Assembly: GCF_006345805.1 (NCBI RefSeq) | Contig: NC_043011.1 | Span: 41,862,464-41,926,463, forward strand | Length of the DNA stretch: 64,000 nt | Direction: 5' to 3' | Source: Octopus sinensis | Taxonomy: Eukaryota | Part shown: piece by piece, positions 1-64,000 of the stretch | How the letters are laid out: each line of letters opens with the position of its first letter | How positions within the stretch are numbered: position 1 is the first letter of the stretch | The notes under the pieces: generated by a model | What the model saw: only the letters and a program-made list of their open reading frames with translations | Told to the model about the DNA's origin: nothing | Database searches by the model: none | Translations under genes and position numbers: made by a program

Positions 1-330
1 TCAAAGTTTTATTTTCCCGTTTGTCGGACAATTTTGTTTAGATTCTAAACAAAACTGTCCGATGACATTTTTGCTGCTTTTTAATAAAGCATATTATTCT
101 ACCTCTGGTATTCAAGAACTATTTTTTCCACCTTGTTTCGCATTTATGTGCTTACTCTGGAATATATATATATATACACATATGTATGTATGTATTATAT
201 ATTTGTATATGTACTCATACATATGTATGTATGTATAATCACGAAGAATTAAACAGTTGCCCATGGGGTCGGTCATTAGCAATTGGTTGTCCGTCATATT
301 CACGTTGCCCATTTTGTTCTGTTTCCACAG

Positions 331-54705
<54,375 letters not shown>

Positions 54706-54751
54706 GCAAAAATTTAAACTTGCTTCTTTATTTGTTTTCATTTTTATTTCA

Positions 54752-54794
<43 letters not shown>

Positions 54795-54796
54795 GT

Positions 54797-55337
54797 ACCA
54801 GGCAGTGGCTCTCATGGCTTCTGATCTTAACTGATTGGAAGTGTTATCATGTACATTGTTTTGTCTTGGTATAAAAGATGGGCTACAGCAAATATTCTGC
54901 TCAATACCACAGATTTGCTTGTCAGTTGTTTGACCTTAACCAGTTGAGCATGTCCCTTAGTGGCTGACGATATGTGCATCTCTGATCACGAGCAGAAGTA
55001 GTGGGGGAGCATCATGGCCATGTGTTGAGAGGGATTCTTTGGAGTTTGAATGGTTCACCTCTGGAAACATAGGTGTTTCGTTCAACATCCTAAGCAACCC
55101 TTATTCAGGGACCGTTTGAGCAGGATGGGCTACTCAACCTGAAGAAAATTCTAACTGGGCCCCACTGCAAGGTCATGTGCTGTTTATCTTGATATGAGAT
55201 CACCATGTCGCGCACATATGGTTGTGATGCATGTGCCTGGTGTACCTTTATCAGACGGGTAGTCATGATGGGTATATTGGGCTTCGTATATTTTACCCCA
55301 GTGTCACTTTGATGGCATGAACTGCTCTCTCACTCAA
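54797..55337 (-). mobile_element. Interspersed repeat family D bounded by (AAT)n
   Basis: Reverse complement matches 11596-11866 and 17092-17205. Confidence 0.8.
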
Positions 55338-55821
55338 TAATAATAATAATAATAATTATAATAATAATAGTAGTAATAATGATCTTGTCTACTAAAGGCA
55401 CAAGGCCTGAAATTTTTTGGCGGAGTGCAGGGAAAGTTGATGACATCAACTCTGGTATTCAACTGGTACTTATTTTATCAACCCCAAAAGGATGAAAGGT
55501 ACAGTCAACCTTGACGGAACTGAAACTCAGAACGTAGGGATGGCTGAAATACCTATTTCTTTACTACCCACTAGGGGCTAAACACAGAGAGGACAAACAA
55601 GGACAGACAAAGAGATTAAGTCAATTACATGGACCCCAGTGCATAACTGGTACTTAATTTATCGACCCCGAAAGGATGAAAGGCAAAGTCGACCTTGGCA
55701 GAATTTGAACTCAGAACGTAATGGCAGACGAAATAGTGTTAGGCATTTTGCCCGGCGTGCTAATGTTTCTGCCAGCTCGCCGCCTTAATAAATAATAATA
55801 CTAAAAAGAAGAAGAAAAATT

Positions 55822-55985
55822 GGTGATAACTGGTGCTTTTGGCACAACATCCAAACTGCTGTCTAAGAAACTAAAAGATACTTGGAATTGAGATTTGCGG
55901 TGTCAACCTACAGAAGAGTGTCATGATGGATTCTGCAAGAATCCTAAAAAAGATTCTTGAAATTTGTGGAAATTTCTTGCCACCA
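55822..55985 (+). mobile_element. RLE-clade (R4/Dong-like) LINE C-terminal remnant
   Basis: VITGAFGT...LQKSVMMDSARILKKILE, resembling the IIIGALG...LQK.ALLGTARILR end motif. Confidence 0.55.
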
Positions 55986-56198
55986 AACTTCATGGCAATA
56001 CCTCCTCTAATTAAATACACATTAATGATAATCATTTTGTATAGTCAACCAGCAGAAAAAGTACCATTTTATATTCTGCCAGAATCCTAAGGAAGATTCT
56101 TGAGATTTGAGGAGACTTGTTGGTACTAAACATCAATATAACATTCCTGTTACTAAATTAGCATGCACTCATGTAATAATAACTATAATAACAACAAC

Positions 56199-56563
56199 AA
56201 CAAGAGCACTCAAAGAGTGCAAACCTCCGCCAAGGCAACACCAACGTCCTATCAACAATTAGCTGGAGATGATTTTTAAAATGAGAATATCTGAAATAAA
56301 CTCAACTGCTCTCACAAATGAGAATACTAAAAATGAACCTGACTGCTCTCAAAAATTAAGTAAAAAAAATAGAAAATTTTCCGGAATCCTTGTCCGGGAC
56401 CGGATCGATCCCAAAATCTAATCAGTTCATGCTGGTCATGAGGCCAAACATCCCTGAAAGTTTCATCCAAATCCATCCAGCAATTCTTGAGATATCTTGT
56501 CTGTGGACAAACAAACAAACACAACTGAAAACAATACCTACGCCTTCACTAAAGCCGAGGTAA
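56199..56563 (-). mobile_element. Helentron-associated-type non-autonomous element (HINE-like)
   Basis: Subterminal acctccgcc / acctacgcc..gccgaggta motifs, internal (TTTG)n, inserted in an (AAT/AAC)n tract. Confidence 0.6.
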
Positions 56564-56577
56564 TAATAATAATAATA

Positions 56578-56620
<43 letters not shown>

Positions 56621-57942
56621 TTGTAATTTAGGTAAAGCTCAACAGGTTTCAGACTAATACTGCCAATTGGTGCTTTAATATAGGTTGTGGGTCTCAGTGG
56701 GAAGGGAAATTAAAACAGAGTCTGTTAGTTTTAGTGAAGATATGATAATATGGAACTTTGGATTAGAGAAGAAGACAACTGAGGAATGAGAAAAAGCAAA
56801 GTGTAAAAGAGTTTTGCTTATGTCCTCCTCGCTGCAAGAATAGTCTCCTTGTGAAGTTCCTGGATGTGAAACATAAAGAATGCAGTGGTCAATCTAAAGC
56901 GCATGCATTGAAACGAAAGAAAACAAAAATCTAGTCAGTGGGAATGGATGGAGTGGCAGGGGGTCCTGCATGACAGCAATGGGATGTATCAGTTTTTGGC
57001 AGACCACAATGGGTCATGTGGTTATCTAATTCCATAAAGATGTTTGGAGTGTCTTGGAAGAATTTCTTTAATTCCTCTCACCCACCCCACCCCACCCCCA
57101 TTTGTTATGTCTGTGTTTTTAAATGAATTTTGTAAAATCTCTCCTCGCCCACCACTTGTCCTTCCAAGCAATAATGAAATTACAAACATTTAATTGGTGT
57201 TGTTGTTGTTGCAGTAGTTATTGCAACTATTGTTGTTTCTGATGTTGTTGTAGTAGTTCTAGCTCTTGTTCTTGCCTTGTTGTTGCTCCTTTTGCTACAA
57301 ATGTTGATGATGATGCTGCTGCTGCTGATATTGTTTGTTGTTTGTTGTTGTTGCTGGCCTGATTCATGCTCCTTTTGCTTTTCGTAAGTCTCCAAGTTAC
57401 CAAAACATTTGGGCCTTGGAATTATCATGTCTGTGGGGTTTGTCCTGTCCTACCCTCCTTTGACATCAAACAAATTCTTCCCTATATTTCACCATTTCTC
57501 AAACCTCTCATCATCATTTTCATTCAAAGAACCACAAGGTTCCACAGCAATATCCATGTATATCTGGTCTAATTCTTGTGTGTCTGCATTTGTGTGAAGA
57601 ATAATAATTTCTAAAAATACTAATTCAGTCCTACAATACTGGAACACATTTGCTCATAGTCACCCTTGGTCAGGATTAACATATTACTAAACACCAACAA
57701 TAACATGAGTCGGTTGAGGAGACTACATCATTTAATGTCCATTTTTCCACGTTTGCATGGGTCTGATAAAATTCACTGAAGTAGATTCCTTACAGCTGGA
57801 TGCCTTTGCTGTCACCAACCCTCACCTCTTTCCATATAAGGTAATATTTACCCATGTTTTCACAGAAGATTGGAAAAAAAGGACATCTCTTGTGTGAAAG
57901 TGATGCTCATTTACAACCATCATCTGATGTTAAGACAAGAGC

Positions 57943-57975
<33 letters not shown>

Positions 57976-58200
57976 TGGTAGGCTTCTTCAGTTTCCATCA
58001 ACCAGATTCACTCACAAGATTTTGGTTGGCCTGGGGCTATAGTAGAAGACACACCCAAGGTTCCACGAAGTAGGACTGAACCTGGAACTATGTGGTTGGG
58101 AAGCAAACTTCTTAAACACATAGCCCCGCCTACCCATATATAGCCAAGCTTGTAAGAAATATCAGCTAAATCTCCCTCAAATTACATCTTGCTCTCATGA

Positions 58201-58600
58201 GGGAGTGGCTGTGTGGTAAGTAACTTGCTAACCAACCACATGGTTCCGGGTTCAGTCCCACTGCGTGGCATCTTGGGCAAGTGTCTTCTGCTATAGCCCC
58301 GGGCCGACCAATGCCTTGTGAGTGGATTTGGTAGACGGAAACTGAAAGAAGCCTGTCGTATATATGTATATATATATATATAAGTGTATGTGTTTGTGTG
58401 TCTGTGTTTGTCCCCCTAGCATTGCTTGACAACCGATGCTGGTGTGCTTACGTCCCCGTCACTTAGCGGTTCGGCAAAAGAGACCGATAGAATAAGTACT
58501 GGGCTTACAAAGAATAAGTCCCGGGGTCGATTTGCTCGACTAAAGGTGGTGCTCCAGCATGGCCGCAGTCAAATGACTGAAACAAGTAAAAGAGTAAAGA
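58201..58600 (+). mobile_element. SINE family A, well-preserved copy
   Basis: ggagtggctgtgtggtaag...gggttcagtccc (A/B-box-like)...gaaacaagtaaaagag. Confidence 0.9.
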
Positions 58601-58980
58601 GTATACATTATGCGTGAAAAAAATGAAGGAAAGGTCATGGTTAGAACATCTATGATCAGAAGGTTTCTGGATCAAGGTTGACCTGGGGCCAAATAACGTC
58701 AAAACACACTTCTCATGTTATGGGTTCATTTCCTCAAAACAATTAAAAATACCCCCACCTTTGTTTTCTATTCCACCCACCACTCACCTTGCCTCAAACT
58801 TCACCCAATTATTCTGACATCATTCTGACTGTAAACCAGTGCTTCTCAAAGTTGCTCACTATTGTATCATGAAGGGTATCAATGTGCCATGTGACACACT
58901 GGAGCTCCACAGAAACACGTAGATACCCCTGTATGTGCTGCCAGAGATATCTAAGTGCACTGAGGACATCTAGGTACACT

Positions 58981-59620
58981 GTTACAAACCGGTGTGCCAC
59001 TGAGGATATCTAGGTACACCGTGACAAACCAGTGTGCCACTGGGGATATCTAGGTGCATTGTGACATACCAGTGTGCCACTGAGGTTATCTAGGTACACT
59101 GTGACATACCAGTGTGTCACTAGAGATATCTAGGTGCATTGTGACATACCAGTGTGCCACTAGAGATATCTAGATGCATTGTGTCATACGAGTGTACCAC
59201 TAGAGATATCTAGATGCATTGTGACATACCAGTGTTCCACTGAGGTTATCTAGGTACACTGTGACATACCAGTGTTCCACTGAGGTTATCTAGGTACACT
59301 GTGACATACCAGTGTGCCACTAGGGATATCTCGGTGCATTGTGTCATACCAGTGTGCCACTAGAGATATTTAGGTGCATTGTGACATACCAGTGTGCCAC
59401 TGAAGTTATCTAGGTACACTGTGACATACCAGTGTGCCACTGGGGATATGTAGGTACATTGTGGAATACCAGTGTGCCACTAGGGATATCTAGATGCATT
59501 GTGTCATACCAGTGTGCCACTAGAGATATCTAGGGGCATTGTGACATACCAGTGTGCCACTGGGGATAACTCAATCCACTGTGACACACTGATGTGCTGC
59601 TAGAGATATCTAGATGCACC
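58981..59620. repeat. 40-bp minisatellite, 16 units
   Basis: Consensus gtgacataccagtgtgccact(g/a)(a/g)(g/a)g(a/t)tatctag(g/a)t(a/g)ca(c/t)t; exact 40-bp period, no indels. Confidence 0.97.
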
Positions 59621-60993
59621 ATGGAATTTTTTTTTAATGTAATTTAAATCTTCAGAAAATCCATGATTTGAATGTCTTGAAAAATTTGTTTTGCACAATT
59701 TTGCAGCACTCAGATTATCATCAGCCCTGCCACCACCATCACCATCATCAATGTCATCATCATCATCACTGCCAACATCATTGTTACCATCATCGTTATT
59801 ATCATCATTATTTTCCATGCTGGGTCATAATTAGCAGGGTTTGATCTTATTTAGAGTAACTGCTCTCGTGTATGTGTGTGAGGGTAGAGAGAGAGTGTAG
59901 CTAGCTGTGTGCATGTGTGTGTGTGTGTGTGTACACATAACCCTTATATATATATATATATTGTGGTTGACCTATGAACAGATCTGTGTAGCTCTCTGAG
60001 TGAGTGTATATGCAGTGATGTGTGTGTGTGTGTGAATGTTTTTTGGGGAGGTCTTTTGCATCATCATCAGCAGCAGCATCTTTCTTGCCCACCCTCCCCC
60101 CATGCTCCCATGCTTGCATGAATTGGCCAATGTAATATTTTAATTAATTTATAATTGATTGCTCTTATGACATCGACTATACTGATACCCACTTTATATA
60201 TATATATATCATCATCATCATCATCATCATCATAGCTTTCTCTGCCAGCACGGGTTGGAAGGTTCAACATGTCTAAGGAACATGTTTGGCTCCAGTGTCT
60301 CAATTTGAGGACAAAAATACACACACAAATATATATATGCATACATCCATACATATATATGTGTGTGTGTGCATGTATGTGTGTGTATGTATGTGTGTGT
60401 GTGTGAGTGTATGCTAATTAATAGCGACAGAAGCAGTATTGGTATCGAAAGGCAATATTTATCCCCACTTGAAAGTGAATGTTGTGTTAGAACATGAAAT
60501 GCTGCATTATTTACCTTGAGAGAACCTCTTATATGGACTTGCGGTGCATATAAGCACTCATGTTTATGCTGCTAGCAGGAGATAATTATCTGCTACCACA
60601 CAAGCATGGTTGAAAAGCTTGGTTCCCAACCATGCACAGCTCTTGGAACAAATGTCTTCTACTGTAGTGTTGAGCCAACCAAAGCATTGTGAGTAGATTT
60701 GGTAGAAACTGAAAGAAGACCAACACATATATATGTGTATGTGTGTGTGTGTGTGTGTTTATATTATGGTACGTGGTAATGGTTGTGAATTTGTATCATC
60801 ATCATACAAGCAATGTTTCTCATTTCCAGTCTTCCAGGGAAACATACTTGGCCTTGGGGAAATATTATTATCTTGCTTGGAAACAGATGAGGGTTTGTGA
60901 CAGGAAAGGCATCTTCCCATAGAAAATGTGCCTCAATGAATTCTGTCTGACCCATGCAAGCATGGAAAAATGGACATTAAAACAAGGATAATG

Positions 60994-61031
<38 letters not shown>

Positions 61032-63731
61032 AGGTTTGGAGATGATGTACAGGTATTTTATATTAGAAGAAATTAGGTACTCAGAAAATCGGATGGTTTA
61101 TATTTACAGATATTTATTTGTATATTACAACTTTTCACACAGGAACTTAGTTTGATTTGAAAACCCCACTTGAATGGGAGAAAGCGCTAATACATGATCT
61201 AAGTTATATGATGCATAAAAAATGTAATATACAAATAAATATCTGTAAATATAAACAATCCGATTTTCTGAGTACCTCATTTTTTCTAATATATATATAT
61301 ATATATATAACAAATATAAGTCTTGCTCTTGTATAGATCTTAAATATATACGTGCAAGGTTTCAGCAACCCAGTATAGAATCCAAAATGGCTTCAGTTTC
61401 TGGTTCACGAATAGTCTTCATATTGAATTTGAACATTCTGCTATTCTGTTAAGAAATTTAAGATTTGCTGATACATAGTAAAGACACTGGGAGAAAGATG
61501 AGAAAACCCTAAGTGTCACTAATTTGGTGGCATAGGAGAGAAGTTGTTGAGGAGGAAATATTATAAGTGAAAGAGAGAGTAGAGAGGAAGGCTTAATTCA
61601 TATGGTTACAACATTAAGAGCTTATAGTAATGAGAAAATGTCTTGTAATATTCATATTTGCACATGGTAATTATTTGTAATTATGTCAGAAAAGTAATTA
61701 ATGTGAGAGACCTCATCCTGACATGACTGAGTAAGTGATTCAGAGCAACAGAAGTTACAAGGTTGTCTGCTACCTCTGTATGAACCAACTGTGGACCAAC
61801 AAAAATTATAGAAAATACCATAAGCTTTAAGGTGGTGGATATGTTTTCTAATACTATTTGAAAAAGAGCTCAGATGTGCAAGATAACAGCACTTAAAGTC
61901 TATTATTCCACCAATGGAAGTTCTAGTAGAGTGGGTTCATGTAGTGGAAACAGTACATTTATAAACATTATAGCATAAGCAATAGTCTCTGAAAGGGCAA
62001 TTACTAGGTGTTCTGGAATTGCATGTCTTCTTATCCCACAGATTATAGGCTATGCATTATTAACTGTGTCAGGATCAGTAATGTTAGCACAGTTGTTAGT
62101 CCTCTATTAGAATCAAGATTATTATTGTCATCTTTATTAAGATGAAGATAGTTGGTATAGTTAGGATAATACATATACTTATTGTTATTACTGATAGAGG
62201 TATCTTAATTATTAATAATACTCTTGCTGAGCACATGATTGCTTGTATTGCTAGCATTTATGTTGCCATCATTAATGGTAGCATTAGCTACATTATAGGT
62301 GTTGTTAAAGTTAATATTGATCATTACATTCAGAATGAAAATGAGAAAATTAAGAACTTGAAGAATACTAATTATTGCAGTTTTAGTTCTCATATTCTTC
62401 AAAAATAGTTTGTTTTTTTATGATATAGTATACGAAGAGAATTATAGAATTTGAGGGATGGTTTGAGGAAACAAAGTAACAGTTGTTGTAAAAGATTGGT
62501 GGACAAACATTAGACATGTAATAGTTTAATATTTGAAGGGTGGGGGTAGTTAAAAGATGGGAAAATATCATCATCATCATCACCATCATCATCATTATAT
62601 TACATCCATGCTGGTATCCGTTGGACAACTTGTCTTTTTTTTATTTTGTTTCCATGAGCTGCAGCTCAAAATTGCAACTCAGCCTGGTTTCCATGGTATA
62701 TAAGTAACTGAAATTATGACATTCCCCCTTCCCTTCCCACTGAACAGGACACAAGATTAAGTCCCCCCCCCCTGTTTATTGCTGGGACTCACATCTAAGT
62801 TGACTGGGACAATGTCAAGTGAAGTGTTTTTCCTCAAGAACACAACATTCTGCCCTGTCTGGGAATTGAAACCACAATCATATGATTGTGAGTGTAACAC
62901 CCTAACCACTAGATGATATGCCTACTAGACAGGTTTTAGCAAGCAGAATTTTATAACTGATTTCCCTTTCTGTTACCAATCCCTTTTAAGGACTTCTTAC
63001 AACATACAGAGACATGATGGGTCTATATGAAAATCATGACAGACATTCTAAAAAGTCATTATTATCATTTTTAAAGAGAATCAGGTTTGTAAAATATCTG
63101 TGCATATTGTGCATAGGACATTGAGCAAAGATTTCCATATAAATCAACTATTCCATCTTCAGAGAGGAAGAATTAAGGAACATCTTTAATAAAGGATATT
63201 AGTAGTTACCAGTTCCATCATTTATATATAAGGCCAAGTCCCATATCACAATTTTCTTTGTTGGTTCTCTCATACTTTATGAATGTCATTTGAAGAGCCA
63301 GTTGATATTCTGAGGAAAGGTAAGAGATAGGGTCAGTTAAAACATGAGCTGAAGAGAGAATCCATTGCTAAATGATGTTGAACAAAATGATAAATTCGGA
63401 AACTTCAGGGCTTGTAAATATGTTGCTTTATGATCCATTTTCACTGACTCACACCAAACCATACCCCTCTCAATCTGCCTAGATATTTTTATACAAAAAT
63501 TTATGTTTGCATAATATATGTATACTTAAATAAGTGTCATCATTTTTCATGAATGCAATGCTAGTATGTATGTGTGAGTGTGTGTGTATGAAAGTCTACA
63601 TTTGTATATGTGTTACTGCCAACCTTTTCCTTGTGAAAGTTTAATAAACATGTACTCTACCAAAATGTATTCAGTAATTCTTCAGTTTAGCTTTAAATTG
63701 TTTTTATACACATAACTTGACATAAAATCAG

Positions 63732-63776
<45 letters not shown>

Positions 63777-64000
63777 ATAGAAGACAAAGTTATTCTATTC
63801 TATATGGGTAGAAATATATAAAAAAGAAATTGAAAATGCACTTGGAGTCTTTTGGATGGTTTATTTTTAAAGGCTTAACTATTAATGTCATGTGACAAAA
63901 TTTTTTGCACTGAAAATTAAGGTGGACATTGTTGAGTAAACATGTTCAGTGACAGTTCCAAACAATGAAGGCTCTCTAAATTTAATCTGCCAAGTGGTAG

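Noticed and set aside
58981-59620. Repeat/variable alternation resembling a CRISPR array
   Set aside because: Variable halves are two recurring variants, not unique spacers; eukaryotic context, no cas genes
62142-62408. Hydrophobic 88-aa ORF (and antisense Asn-rich ORF)
   Set aside because: Decayed (ATT/AAT)n sequence; no splice or homology support

Overview
AT-rich, microsatellite- and SINE-dense animal genomic DNA; the repeat content suggests an octopus/coleoid cephalopod (inference). One spliced + strand gene covers most of the window: the 3' part of an MCF2L/DBS-type Dbl-family RhoGEF (linker, DH, PH, linker, SH3). Fifteen phase-compatible exons between 331 and 54705 join into 1749 nt (582 aa + stop); the 5' end lies upstream of the window. 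The introns hold several SINE families, a full-length but dead DD34D mariner, a Helitron, a Helentron-type element, piggyBac-, TA- and 9-bp-TSD MITEs, RTE and RLE-clade LINE fragments, and minisatellites. Most notable is a set of minimal type I hammerhead ribozyme motifs from at least three sequence families, in (TA)n-anchored Penelope/retrozyme-like elements. One has a canonical core and sits in a 1.2-kb palindrome with a perfect 345-bp inner stem; another has a compensatory U3:A8 core and sits in a ~362-nt tandem unit. About a dozen other fold-back structures occur, many next to (TA)n tracts. Nearly all ORF-track entries are microsatellite or SINE translations. Repeat coordinates are approximate; exon, ribozyme and TSD coordinates were read base by base.
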